Positions 28,685 to 38,768 of a stretch of 57,481 nt of DNA are shown piece after piece. Below the pieces are notes generated by a model. It saw only the letters and a list, made by a program, of their open reading frames with translations, was not told the origin of the DNA and did no database searches. Numbering within the stretch: the stretch's first letter is position 1; each line of letters begins with the position of its first letter. Location of the stretch: positions 1 through 57,481 of the forward strand of contig SKHG01000001.1 in NCBI GenBank assembly GCA_007117035.1, given 5' to 3'. Origin of the DNA: Candidatus Campbellbacteria bacterium (GTDB lineage Bacteria > Patescibacteriota > Minisyncoccia > Phycocordibacterales > CSBR16-193). The position numbers were made by a program, and so were the translations under genes.

Positions 28685-29518
28685 TTAGATTTCTAGATCT
28701 TGCATATATGTAAAATGCCAACCGTGTTCACCTCTTTCGAAACTGATACCTTGTTCATCAAAGTATTCAGCAACATTAATAAAAGCCTTGTACATTTTGT
28801 CGGCACCAGCAAAGTAGTTTCTGATACCGTAGAGACCTCTTAATGGATCAATAAAAGAGTATGTTAGATCAGAGATATTGTGTTGGGTTCTTTTCATACT
28901 GTTTAGGACTTCAAGATGAATTTCTAGTGCAGATTCTGGAACCGAAACATCCAAAGCCTCAGAAATAATTTTGTTGTAACCTTTGATTATTATATTTAGG
29001 TCAGCTAAACGAATACGATTATTTTTATCCATGGCTTCCAGGTAGATATCCATCTCGTGTTCACTTTGTGGAGAGTTTTCAGTAATCACTCGACCCATCT
29101 CTTGGGCGTATTTTCTTAAACTTTCTTGGTCTACTGCTGTTGTTGTTTTAATGTCTGATTTATTAAAAAGTATTTCAGGGATGTCTATTTCATCTATTAG
29201 TTTCTCTATTAAATCTAGATATGCATCTTGATCAGGCTCTATTCCATATTCTTGATTTTGAATAAAAAAAGCAAACAACTCCTTGGAAGCTGCTTCAGTC
29301 AGGTTCTCTAGATTGTGTGCCCGAGGATCTTTTTCCTCTGATTCGAACAAAACACGCTCTAGCTCTTCTGTCCAAGAAGCTGATCTTTCTTGTGATTCGG
29401 TTGATAAAGCTTCTAAGTCCTGGCGGTTGTATGAATCAGGTTGTGCACCAACTCCAATTGCAGTTATAACTATCACTATCACAGCGATAGGAATAATAAT
29501 TTTTATTTTTATTTTCAT
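28685..29518 (-). CDS. Membrane-anchored helical protein, first gene of the T4SS-like operon (ATG 29518)
   Basis: N-terminal TM; VSVPESALEIHLEVLNS and DPLRGL motifs; TATAAT upstream. Confidence 0.7.
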   Translation of the reverse strand: MKIKIKIIIPIAVIVIVITAIGVGAQPDSYNRQDLEALSTESQERSASWTEELERVLFESEEKDPRAHNLENLTEAASKELFAFFIQNQEYGIEPDQDAYLDLIEKLIDEIDIPEILFNKSDIKTTTAVDQESLRKYAQEMGRVITENSPQSEHEMDIYLEAMDKNNRIRLADLNIIIKGYNKIISEALDVSVPESALEIHLEVLNSMKRTQHNISDLTYSFIDPLRGLYGIRNYFAGADKMYKAFINVAEYFDEQGISFERGEHGWHFTYMQDLEI

Positions 29519-29633
29519 AATCAACAAACCTCTTAAGTTGTAATAATTATATCAGAAAAACATATTAAATAACAAAGAAAGTAATACACAGTTTGGTTTA
29601 CTAGCATCAATTTTTTTATAATATTTTTTATGC

Positions 29634-31061
29634 CTAAATCTCTAAAATTAAAGTAGTGATATTTTCTTTTTTACGCCCTAACTCTGTGTGTTTCAGAACT
29701 TCTCCGTAAGGGCTGATGATACTCGAGACGCCACCTTTAACTGACCTTAATGTGTAGTTTCGATTACTTACTGCCTGAACTTTACTCATAATGTGGTGAT
29801 AATAAAAAACTTGTCTAGTTGGAACTACTAAATCATTACCAGATATAATATTCAAAATTGTTTCTTCAGAACTATTATTTGAAAAAACAGCAACCTCAGA
29901 ACAGATTAAACCTCTTACTAGTCCATGCTGGGTATTCATAAGTTTTTTCTCTCCACTCACCATAAGTCTAGCGTGTTCTTTTTCAAATCTATCTGGCACA
30001 GACTCAGTTATCGGTAAGAGATTTATTTTTTGATAACTATCTTTTAGTTCCCCGTTCTCCATAACAACCAACGAGTTTAAATATTTATCTTGAGCTTCGT
30101 CTAAAAAATGTACTCCAAATATTATTGAGAGTTGAGGGTGTGTCTTAGAAAAATCTGTTAATAAGGAGTAGAGATTATAAATTCCACCCTGTTGGTCAAG
30201 ACCTATTGGTTGAAAAGTTTTTCGGTCTATTATGAAAAAAGGAAATATGTTTTCAGGTAAAACCACAACACTGATTTGTTTTTTTGATAAAATATCCCTA
30301 AGCTCATACTCAATTTTATTGAAAATACCAGACTCAGTAATTCCTACAGTATTATAAGGAGAACTTAAAACAGCTACTGTTAAACCAAGTTCTTCGTCTG
30401 ATTTGTTTTGAAGGGTTAGAGCTCCATATCCGTAGACTAAAATTAAGATTATTAAAAATAAAACCGAATACTGAACTCGATTTTTCTTTTTATCTGAAGC
30501 CAAAACCCCAGTTAGAGAAATGTTTACAGACAGAACAACAAAACCTAATGCATAAACTCCCCAAATCGATGCTAACTGTATCATCTGTGGAGAAGAGTGG
30601 AGTAGAAATCCTAAATGCCCCCAACTTAGTCCAAAAAATAAGTTCGCTCGAACATATTCCATAACTACCCAAACCAAAGAAAAAATAAAAGTTTTTAATA
30701 AAAAACTTAATTTAATTTTTCTAAAAAACCACCCAAAGATGAAAAAAAACAGCCCCCCACCCATAATGGCTGTTAAGATTATAATGCTAGCAAATATTAA
30801 TTTAAAATAATCTAGTAATATTCCTTCAACAAAAAACAAAGGTTGCCCTTGAAAACTTAAAAGAGGTAAAAGCACAGTTAGTCCAAAAATAGTTCCAACT
30901 AAAGTGTCGATCAGGTAGCTCCTTTTGTTGCTCGGTGATTTTATTAAGAAATAAAGCCAAGGCACTAAACTTATAAGAGCTATAAGACTCCCAAACCAAA
31001 AAGAAAGATACAATAAAATTGGTGTAAAAAATGGTAAAATGTCTATATATTTTTTTAACAT
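29634..31061 (-). CDS. lnt: Apolipoprotein N-acyltransferase Lnt
   Basis: Multi-TM N-half (EYVRA, GLSWGHLG, WGVYALG) plus nitrilase triad VVLPE, YQKINLLP and LICSE. Confidence 0.85.
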   Translation of the reverse strand: MLKKYIDILPFFTPILLYLSFWFGSLIALISLVPWLYFLIKSPSNKRSYLIDTLVGTIFGLTVLLPLLSFQGQPLFFVEGILLDYFKLIFASIIILTAIMGGGLFFFIFGWFFRKIKLSFLLKTFIFSLVWVVMEYVRANLFFGLSWGHLGFLLHSSPQMIQLASIWGVYALGFVVLSVNISLTGVLASDKKKNRVQYSVLFLIILILVYGYGALTLQNKSDEELGLTVAVLSSPYNTVGITESGIFNKIEYELRDILSKKQISVVVLPENIFPFFIIDRKTFQPIGLDQQGGIYNLYSLLTDFSKTHPQLSIIFGVHFLDEAQDKYLNSLVVMENGELKDSYQKINLLPITESVPDRFEKEHARLMVSGEKKLMNTQHGLVRGLICSEVAVFSNNSSEETILNIISGNDLVVPTRQVFYYHHIMSKVQAVSNRNYTLRSVKGGVSSIISPYGEVLKHTELGRKKENITTLILEI

Positions 31062-31095
31062 ATGTTATACTCAGCTTAAATTAAACTATATCATT

Positions 31096-32286
31096 ATGTT
31101 CTCAAAAAAGAACTGTTTTAAAAATCCTTTTTCGCTCCAGATTATTTTTTTGTATTTTATTATAATTGTTTTTCTAATTCTTTTAGTTGTTCCTAGCTCT
31201 TCTGTTGCAAGCCCAAAAGATTATTCTGATCAAGAGAGGCTGTTATCTTTTTGGTTTGGACTAAGTAGTTCTGAAACTCCTGTAATAAAAAAATCAGTTT
31301 CAGAGAATCAAAGTACAGTAAGCCAAAATCAGAACAAAGTAACATTTAACAGAAACCTAAAGTTGGGAGACAGAGGTCGAGATGTGCTTCGTCTACAGGA
31401 AATTTTAAATCAAGATCATCAGACACGCGTAGCCTCGAGTGGTCCAGGTTCTCCTGGTAATGAAACAGAATTTTTCGGTTCCTTAACTCATTCAGCAGTT
31501 GTTCGTTTTCAAGAAAAATATAGATCCGAGGTCTTAGTACCAGCGAACCTAAACCGCGGAACAGGATTTTTTGGACCCTTAACTAGAAACAAAATAAACC
31601 AGACAGAAAAAACTCAAACCGTGTCTGGTAGTTTAATGAACCCAAATCTAATAAAACCACCCAAAAGAGATAATTTTTCATCTCTAGATATAGACTTAGG
31701 AAGTTCTGATGATTTTATGTTAGCTTTCCCTTCTAAATATTTTGGACCCCATTTTACTTCTTTAGAAATTATAGGTTCAGGTTTTTCTAATAGAGTAGGT
31801 AATTTAAAAGTACTTTTTGGTAATGATTATTCTATCGATTCCGTGAATGTCATCAACGATGGAAAAATTTCGGTTCGAATTCCCTCATCTATTCCTCGCG
31901 GAGAGTATCAGGTTAGAGTATCAGATGGCCGTGAGATAGCTTTTGGGGAGAGTTTTTTTATAATAACGCGACCATCTGATCAACCCCCAAAAATAGATTC
32001 CATCAGTCCCTCTTCTGGCAAATATGGAAAAACGGTCGTGGTTAGAGGTAGTAATTTTACTACTGACAATACGATTATGACAACGTACAATGAAATAAAG
32101 GGAGTTGTTTCAGATAATGGTCAAACTCTGGAATTTAAAATGACTCCTTTAAGTAACAATCCTGAAGTAGAGGCTCTAGTTTTAACCGGAAAATCAAATT
32201 TGGAAAATACCACAGATGTTTATATTTACATTAAAAATGAGAAAGGGATTAGTGCGGAGCCAATTATTTTTGAGTTAGAAATATAG
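31096..32286 (+). CDS. Exported peptidoglycan-binding protein with IPT/TIG domains (ATG 31096 preferred)
   Basis: LKLGDRGRDVLRLQEILN...FGSLTHSAVVRFQ...GPLTR PG-binding-1 repeat; IDSISPSSG...VRGSNF IPT motif. Confidence 0.85.
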   Translation: MFSKKNCFKNPFSLQIIFLYFIIIVFLILLVVPSSSVASPKDYSDQERLLSFWFGLSSSETPVIKKSVSENQSTVSQNQNKVTFNRNLKLGDRGRDVLRLQEILNQDHQTRVASSGPGSPGNETEFFGSLTHSAVVRFQEKYRSEVLVPANLNRGTGFFGPLTRNKINQTEKTQTVSGSLMNPNLIKPPKRDNFSSLDIDLGSSDDFMLAFPSKYFGPHFTSLEIIGSGFSNRVGNLKVLFGNDYSIDSVNVINDGKISVRIPSSIPRGEYQVRVSDGREIAFGESFFIITRPSDQPPKIDSISPSSGKYGKTVVVRGSNFTTDNTIMTTYNEIKGVVSDNGQTLEFKMTPLSNNPEVEALVLTGKSNLENTTDVYIYIKNEKGISAEPIIFELEI

Positions 32287-32293
32287 AATTATT

Positions 32294-32674
32294 ATGCAAA
32301 AAAAATACTTATTCAGAACTTTTGTAATATTGATATTATTAACTTTTGTTTTTGTCGGTGTTTTTTATCACAAGCAAAAAGAGGTTCAAAGTCAATCACC
32401 ACTTGTTTTTGGTGGCAAAATAACTTTTTGGCAGGAGTGCTCTTGCACTCCAGGTCCTGGCTCTTTTGTAATAACAATAACAGGAACAAATCCAGGGACC
32501 TTTCTTTTTCTACCTGGAAGATCGATACCATTTCGCGAATATCAACACGCACGAATCGGTGTTTGGGCCTTGGGTAATTACACTCCAGGAGCAGTTTGTT
32601 TAACTGGTAAATTTTGTATTCCTGCTACACCACCGCCAATAGGTACTATACATCAAATAGGAACCTCATTTTAG
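32294..32674 (+). CDS. Small exported Cys/Gly/Pro-rich hypothetical protein
   Basis: N-terminal TM; FGGKI...CSCT, WALGNY...C...C and IGTS motifs. Confidence 0.7.
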   Translation: MQKKYLFRTFVILILLTFVFVGVFYHKQKEVQSQSPLVFGGKITFWQECSCTPGPGSFVITITGTNPGTFLFLPGRSIPFREYQHARIGVWALGNYTPGAVCLTGKFCIPATPPPIGTIHQIGTSF

Positions 32675-32675
32675 G

Positions 32676-33461
32676 TTATAGTTTCTGAGACAAACAAAAC
32701 CATTTGTTTACATTGAGTTCTTCTGCTCGACAGTCATTTGAAAGTTCGCAGTTTTTGAGTAAATTTTCAATATTTATGTCAGGAAAAACCTCTCCTAGAT
32801 TTTTTCTCAATTTTTTCCTTTTGTGAGCAAAACCAGCCTTTAAGACTTTAAAAAATTTTTCTTCTGAAACCTGAAAGTGTTCAAAACTTTTTTTTGAGAT
32901 ATTTTTTATAGACAAAATTGCTGAATCAACATTTGGAACTGGTTGAAAACTTCCACGTTTTACAGTTTTAACAAACTTCGGTTCCCCGTAGGCCCAAACA
33001 CTTACTGCTAGAATTGATGATTTTTTTAGGTCGGTTATTCTTTGAGCCACTTCTTTTTGGAGTAACAAGACCATGCTTTTTGGTGGGTAAGTAGTTGAAA
33101 AAGTTTTTTTCAATAAATCACCTGTTAAGTAATATGGAATGTTGGCAACTAATTTATATTTCTGAGGCAGATAGTTTTGAATATCTATATCACGCACATC
33201 TCCTTCAACTAAGACTAACTTTTTTTCTCTGATCTCCTTTTCAAATTTTTCATTTAAAAAAGGTAACAAATCTCGGTCTTTTTCCACCGCAACAACCATC
33301 TTTGTCTGAAGCAGTAGTTTCTCGGTCAAAACTCCTTTCCCGGGTCCGATTTCCAGAACACAATCTTCTTTACTAAGTTCAGCTTCTTTAATTATTAACT
33401 CCAAAGCCCCTACCGAGTTAAGGAAATTTTGCCCTAGTTGTTTTTTTGGTAGATGTTTCAA
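32676..33461 (-). CDS. rsmA: 16S rRNA dimethyltransferase RsmA/KsgA
   Basis: LGQNFL, EIGPGKG, VANIPYY, QKEVA and FQPVPNVDS motifs. Confidence 0.96.
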   Translation of the reverse strand: MKHLPKKQLGQNFLNSVGALELIIKEAELSKEDCVLEIGPGKGVLTEKLLLQTKMVVAVEKDRDLLPFLNEKFEKEIREKKLVLVEGDVRDIDIQNYLPQKYKLVANIPYYLTGDLLKKTFSTTYPPKSMVLLLQKEVAQRITDLKKSSILAVSVWAYGEPKFVKTVKRGSFQPVPNVDSAILSIKNISKKSFEHFQVSEEKFFKVLKAGFAHKRKKLRKNLGEVFPDINIENLLKNCELSNDCRAEELNVNKWFCLSQKL

Positions 33462-35395
33462 AATTCTATATTTATTAAAGGTTTATTGTCTGATCTTGTT
33501 GATTCGGCACTGTTGTTTTGATCCAGTAGATCAATATTCATATCTCCAAGAAATTCAGAAGGAAGATTGCTTTGAGTTGAGCCAAAGATAACTCTTTCAC
33601 GAGCCAAAGATAGATGCGCGCTAACCCGAGCTCGTGTTAAAGCAACATAAAAAAGTCTACGCTCCTCCTCTTCTTTATTTGGGGTTGTGTTTTCGTCAGT
33701 ATGAGGAAAAAGTCCTTGCTCAAGACCGGTTATGAAACAGTGATCGAACTCTAAACCCTTTACTCCATGAACAGTAGATAGGCGTACCCCCACAGTGTCC
33801 TCGTTAAAGGAGTCTTGCTCTGAAAACAACGCAATGTGTTCCAAGAACTGGTCTACTCCACCCTCTGTGCCATCATATCTACGAGCCAGAGTTACTAGTT
33901 CGTAGATGTTTTCCAATCTCTCGTCCTCACCGTACTCTTGAAAGTATTTCTCGAATCCACCGTCTTTAATAATACAGGTTACTGCTTTTGAAACAGAGTT
34001 TTTTGCCAGGTCTGCAACTTTTTGGCAGACTTTTTTGAAATTTTGATACTGTTCAAGGGTTTTTTTGGGTAATTCTTCTTCTCTCCCTTCCAATATTTTC
34101 AGAAATCCAACCTTACCAATTCCACGAGGTGGTTTATTGATAACCCTCTTTAAATCTCCCCGACTCTCTGGAGATAGCGAAACTCGTAAAAAAGCCACCA
34201 AGTCTTTTATCTCCTGTCTTTCCAAAAATCTTACGCCAGAAGTACAGTATGGGATTTCTTCACCTAAAAAAACTTCTTCTAGAACTCGAGACTGAAAGTT
34301 TGCTCTGTACATCACCACAATCTCCTTCGGATCTACTCCAGAGTGAAGAAGTCTCTTTACCTCTTCTGCGATTCCTTGAGCTTCTCCTGTTTCACTCCAA
34401 AAGGTTCGTACTTTAATTTTTGAGCCACCACTTTTTTGGGTAAACAGGTCTTTCTTTTTACGTTTTTTGTTTTTTTCGATTATCTGATTAGCTGCAGAGA
34501 GAATTATCTCACTGGATCGGTAGTTCTCTTTTAGATAAAAAACCTGAGCCTTTGAGTATTCTTTCTCAAAACGCAATATGTTTTCTATCTCTGCGCCTCT
34601 CCAGCTGTAGATGGTTTGATCTGGGTCACCGATAGCATAAATATTTTGATGTTCTTCGGCAAGTAAACGTATCATTTCGTGCTGAACTCGATTGGTGTCT
34701 TGATACTCGTCAATATGTAGCCACTGCCAACGATCTTGGTATTTTTTCAAAACCTCGGGTTGGCTGTTTAGCAAGGTTACTGGACGTAAAAGTAGGTCAT
34801 CAAAATCCAATGACCTTTCTTCCGACAAAAGATTTTCATACTCCTGCCAGATGACCGGAAGTGCAACAGTCAATGCGTCCTGACTGTTTTTGGTGTTTTT
34901 TGAAAAGCTTTGAAGCATGACTCCGCTTCCTTTGTATCTGGATATAACACCGAGAGTTTTTCCAATGTCAAAGTCATCGGTCGAATGCCCAGCTCTTTTG
35001 ATGGCCTCTCGAACCATTTTTTTAGATTCTGATCGATCTAGGATAGAAAAATGTCTCGGAAGATTAAAACTTTCAAGGTTTTCTCGAATAATCAATAAAC
35101 CAAGAGCATGAAAGGTTCCTATAAAAGGATTGTTTTTTTGATTAGAGTATGGATTTTCAGGAATCCTTGATGTGAGTTTTTCGATTCTTTCTCGCATCTC
35201 TCGAGCTGCTTTGTTAGTAAATGTGATCGCGCAGATTCGCCCTGGATCACAACCATCAGCAATTAACCTCGCTACTCTAGCAGTTAAGGTTTTAGTCTTA
35301 CCTGTTCCAGCTCCAGCTATTATTAAAACTGGTCCTGCACCGGCTTTTAAAGCCTCTTCCTGGGCTTTGTTAAAATTGTGTTCATCTAGATTCAT
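33458..35395 (-). CDS. pcrA: UvrD/PcrA ATP-dependent DNA helicase (start 35395 or 35407)
   Basis: AGAGTGKT, TFTNKAA, DEYQD, GDPDQTIY, NYRS, KGLEF and EERRLFYVALTRA motifs. Confidence 0.95.
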   Translation of the reverse strand: MNLDEHNFNKAQEEALKAGAGPVLIIAGAGTGKTKTLTARVARLIADGCDPGRICAITFTNKAAREMRERIEKLTSRIPENPYSNQKNNPFIGTFHALGLLIIRENLESFNLPRHFSILDRSESKKMVREAIKRAGHSTDDFDIGKTLGVISRYKGSGVMLQSFSKNTKNSQDALTVALPVIWQEYENLLSEERSLDFDDLLLRPVTLLNSQPEVLKKYQDRWQWLHIDEYQDTNRVQHEMIRLLAEEHQNIYAIGDPDQTIYSWRGAEIENILRFEKEYSKAQVFYLKENYRSSEIILSAANQIIEKNKKRKKKDLFTQKSGGSKIKVRTFWSETGEAQGIAEEVKRLLHSGVDPKEIVVMYRANFQSRVLEEVFLGEEIPYCTSGVRFLERQEIKDLVAFLRVSLSPESRGDLKRVINKPPRGIGKVGFLKILEGREEELPKKTLEQYQNFKKVCQKVADLAKNSVSKAVTCIIKDGGFEKYFQEYGEDERLENIYELVTLARRYDGTEGGVDQFLEHIALFSEQDSFNEDTVGVRLSTVHGVKGLEFDHCFITGLEQGLFPHTDENTTPNKEEEERRLFYVALTRARVSAHLSLARERVIFGSTQSNLPSEFLGDMNIDLLDQNNSAESTRSDNKPLINIEF

Positions 35396-35598
35396 TTGAG
35401 ATCTCATAGTATCATAGTGCTGAGTTTTTTGGCATAAAAATAACAAAAAATATAGAAAAAACATTATCCCCACTTAAGGTTGACCAGACAGTTTAAGTGT
35501 ATATAATTAACTACGTAGAGAGATGAGAGGTTTTCCAGACATTTTAGGAAGCTAAATCGAAGCTTATTTTACCAAATGCACAGGACCCCAATTCTTCA

Positions 35599-36705
35599 TT
35601 GGTAAGAAACGAGAAGGATTGGTCGAAAAATAGATTTTACGACCGAAAAAGGTCTAAAAAACAAAAGAATTATGACCATGGAACATGGACCACGGTTGTT
35701 TTCGTTTTTGTTATTCTAGCGGTTCAGTCCATATATGTATTTGGAAATCAAGAAGACACGTATGCAAGCGTGTCTCATCTTTTGGTAGGCGAAAACTCTG
35801 TAAACATCACTCTTTTAGGAGATGATCTTTTCTCAGATGAATTTCATAACTACAGCCCTCGATTTACAGAAGATGGACTAGCCTTTATTTCTGGAGATTT
35901 CAGTACTCAGGTCTCAAGCTCCAAAGTTAGTGGTAGAGGTGGAAGTATGTCATTTATTCACGAAGTTAGGGCTAACGACACAATCGAAAGTTTGGCAAAA
36001 GAGTTTAATGTAACTAAAGAGACAATAGTTTGGGAAAATGACATCAGTGATCCCAACTCTCTTAAGGTTGGTCAAGAACTACATATTTTACCTTTTTCAG
36101 GTGTTCGGCACAGAGTTCGTTCCGGAGAGACTCTTTCTGAAATAGCTGAATACTACGATATTTCTGTAAAAGAAATTGCTAAATTCAACCATTTTTCGGT
36201 CAACGATGTTTTGATTGCAGGTAACCCGATAAATATTCCTGGTGCCCAAAAAAGACAGAAAAATATTGTTACACAGACCACACGCTCAACCACTTCATCT
36301 GTTAGTATACAGGCAGTTTCCCAACCTTCCCCTTCCCAAGCGATAAGTAGTGGATTTATTCCTCCTCTTAAACCTGGCACATACATAATCACTCAAAGAC
36401 TGCATGGTTATAACGCAGTTGATATGGCTCCAGTAAACGGTATTGGCTCCAGAATCTATGCTGCAGCAAGTGGTACAGTGACTCAGAGTGCTACAGGCTG
36501 GAACGGTGGTTACGGTAATATGATTGTTATAAGTCATCCAAACGGCACACGAACTCTTTATTCTCACAACCAATATAACTACGTTTCTGTTGGTCAGTAT
36601 GTTTCCCAAGGAGATGTTATAGGAACAGTTGGTAGTACCGGACTCTCAACTGGCCCACACGTTCACTTTGAGGTTCATGGCGCAAGAAACCCATTTGCTT
36701 ACTAA
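35599..36705 (+). CDS. LysM-containing M23 metallopeptidase (start uncertain)
   Basis: TM segment, two LysM repeats, HGYNAVD, YSH and STGPHVHFEV motifs. Confidence 0.9.
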   Translation: MVRNEKDWSKNRFYDRKRSKKQKNYDHGTWTTVVFVFVILAVQSIYVFGNQEDTYASVSHLLVGENSVNITLLGDDLFSDEFHNYSPRFTEDGLAFISGDFSTQVSSSKVSGRGGSMSFIHEVRANDTIESLAKEFNVTKETIVWENDISDPNSLKVGQELHILPFSGVRHRVRSGETLSEIAEYYDISVKEIAKFNHFSVNDVLIAGNPINIPGAQKRQKNIVTQTTRSTTSSVSIQAVSQPSPSQAISSGFIPPLKPGTYIITQRLHGYNAVDMAPVNGIGSRIYAAASGTVTQSATGWNGGYGNMIVISHPNGTRTLYSHNQYNYVSVGQYVSQGDVIGTVGSTGLSTGPHVHFEVHGARNPFAY

Positions 36706-36727
36706 AATATTTTAAATATATAGACTT

Positions 36728-36755
36728 AAAAAAACCGGATTTCACCGGTTTTTTT
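36728..36755. terminator. Bidirectional terminator
   Basis: AAAAAAACCGG-ATTTCA-CCGGTTTTTTT between convergent genes. Confidence 0.75.
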
Positions 36756-36771
36756 ATATAAAGTTTTTGTT

Positions 36772-38337
36772 TTAAAAAATAGACATTGATCGGTCTGGTC
36801 GATACTGTGTAGCTTCTAAGATGTGATGTTCTAAAATATCTTCAGAGTGTTCCAAGTCAGCAATAGTCCGAGCTACCTTTATCACTCGGTGATAAGACCT
36901 GGCAGAAAACTCCAGTTTTTCCGCTGCTGAGTTTAATGTGTTTTGGGCTTTTTTCGATAAACCAGAGTGTTTTTTTAACTGTTCGGGACTCATCTGACTG
37001 TTATTTTTTATCTTTAGTTTTTTAAATCGATTTGTCTGAATATTTCGAGCATCTTTAACTTTTTCGTATACATCCTTACTGGTCTGGTTTTTATTTTTCT
37101 TGTCCAGAGAAAGATCTTTTGCTGGAACAGCGCTAACTTCTGTCCATATATCTATTCTGTCTGTAATTGGTCCAGATATCTTTTTTTGATAACGCATAAT
37201 ATCCTGTGGAGTGCAGACACAGCGCCTGTTCTCAGTCGAGAGATAACCACAAGGACAAGGGTTCATAGCAGCGATTAAAACAAAGTTGGCTGGAAAAACG
37301 ACAGTTTCTTTTGATCTCGAGATCTGTATCTTCCTCTCTTCGATTGGTTGACGAAGAGACTCAATAATCCTGCGTTCAAATTCCGGAAACTCATCCATAA
37401 AGAGCACCCCGTTGTGGGCAAGAGTTATCTCTCCTGGCTTTGGGTCCATACCTCCACCAACAAATGAAGCATAAGAAGCTGAGTGGTGTGGTGATCGAAT
37501 CGGTGGATGTGTTATAAGAGGCTCATTTCCGAGGTTGTTGGCGATAGAATGAATTGAGGTCACCTCGTAGGAGTCGTCTAAAGAAAGTGGTGGTAGGATC
37601 GAGGTAAAAGCACGAGCCAACATTGTTTTTCCAGATCCTGGTGGGCCGTACATAGCAACGTGGTGACCTCCAGCTGCCGCAATTTCTAGAGCTCTTTTGG
37701 TTTGGGTTTGACCACAAATTTCTGAAAGATCTGGTAGTTCTAGGATTCTGTTAGTAACCACTGTTTTTGTTTGTTTTTCTATCTTTACGCCCAATAAAGA
37801 CGGATCGTGCTCCGCACTTTCTTTAGGAGAAAGGTGGGCAATTAACTCTCGGAGATTTTTCGGAGCATAGATATCTATTCCTTGAACCAACGCAGCTTCT
37901 TTGGCGTTTTCAGGTGGTACAAAAACCTCTTTAAAACCTCTTTGTTTAGCAGTTCTAACTATTGGTAGAACCCCTACGGTTTTTTTCAGAAAACCATCCA
38001 AGGATAACTCCCCAATGAACAACCTTCCTTCAGCATTAAAACGCACAAGATCTGACGCCAAAAGATAACCAAGAGCAATAGCTAAGTCATACGCAGCACC
38101 TTCTTTTTTGACATTTGCAGGAGCTAAAGAAACTACAATTTTTTGGTTTTTTTGTTTCGGTGATGTAAAACCAATATTTTTAATAGCTGAGGATATTCGG
38201 TCTTTCGACTCTTCCACAGTTTTAGCTGGTAGGCCAATAAGGCTAAAAGAGTGTAATCCTTGCGAGAGGTCAACTTCAACCTCAATTATTGGTGGATTCA
38301 AAGCTGGTTGAGCACTGTACACCTTTGCAAACGACAT
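36772..38337 (-). CDS. comM: YifB/ComM Mg-chelatase-like AAA+ helicase
   Basis: LAPANVKKEG, GPPGSGKT, SPHHSAS, PGEITLAHNGVLFMDE, AMNPCPCG and SARSYHR motifs. Confidence 0.95.
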   Translation of the reverse strand: MSFAKVYSAQPALNPPIIEVEVDLSQGLHSFSLIGLPAKTVEESKDRISSAIKNIGFTSPKQKNQKIVVSLAPANVKKEGAAYDLAIALGYLLASDLVRFNAEGRLFIGELSLDGFLKKTVGVLPIVRTAKQRGFKEVFVPPENAKEAALVQGIDIYAPKNLRELIAHLSPKESAEHDPSLLGVKIEKQTKTVVTNRILELPDLSEICGQTQTKRALEIAAAGGHHVAMYGPPGSGKTMLARAFTSILPPLSLDDSYEVTSIHSIANNLGNEPLITHPPIRSPHHSASYASFVGGGMDPKPGEITLAHNGVLFMDEFPEFERRIIESLRQPIEERKIQISRSKETVVFPANFVLIAAMNPCPCGYLSTENRRCVCTPQDIMRYQKKISGPITDRIDIWTEVSAVPAKDLSLDKKNKNQTSKDVYEKVKDARNIQTNRFKKLKIKNNSQMSPEQLKKHSGLSKKAQNTLNSAAEKLEFSARSYHRVIKVARTIADLEHSEDILEHHILEATQYRPDRSMSIF

Positions 38338-38349
38338 TTTATATTTTTA

Positions 38350-38715
38350 TTATTCTTCCCTGTGTTTAATACAAGTATCAGCAGCAGGGTTAGCTTCTAG
38401 TCTTTCTTTCTCTATCTTCTCTCCAGAGATTCGACAGATACCATACTCACCAGACTTTATTCTTTCTAAGGCTTTTGTAATATTTTTGTATCTAGTTTCT
38501 AACTGATCAAGGATGGCTGAGTTCCCACCGTAAGATTCAGAAGAATCAGCTGACTCACTTGAATCGGAGCTTGAAAAATCACCTCTGTCTGGACGAGCTT
38601 GCCAGTCACCAGGAGTTTCGGGGTTTCTCTCTCCTACTGTATCCATCTCTTTCTCCAAAAGTTCTTTCTCTTTTTCTAGTTCTGTTTTAAATTTTTCTAT
38701 ATCTTTTTCATTCAT
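38350..38715 (-). CDS. DksA/TraR family protein (ATG 38715)
   Basis: Coiled coil followed by ALERIKSGEYGICRISGEKIEKERLEANPAADTC. Confidence 0.88.
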   Translation of the reverse strand: MNEKDIEKFKTELEKEKELLEKEMDTVGERNPETPGDWQARPDRGDFSSSDSSESADSSESYGGNSAILDQLETRYKNITKALERIKSGEYGICRISGEKIEKERLEANPAADTCIKHREE

Positions 38716-38768
38716 ATAATTAAATTCTATCACCATAGAGTTTTTGTGCAAATAAATTTTGGTTAATA

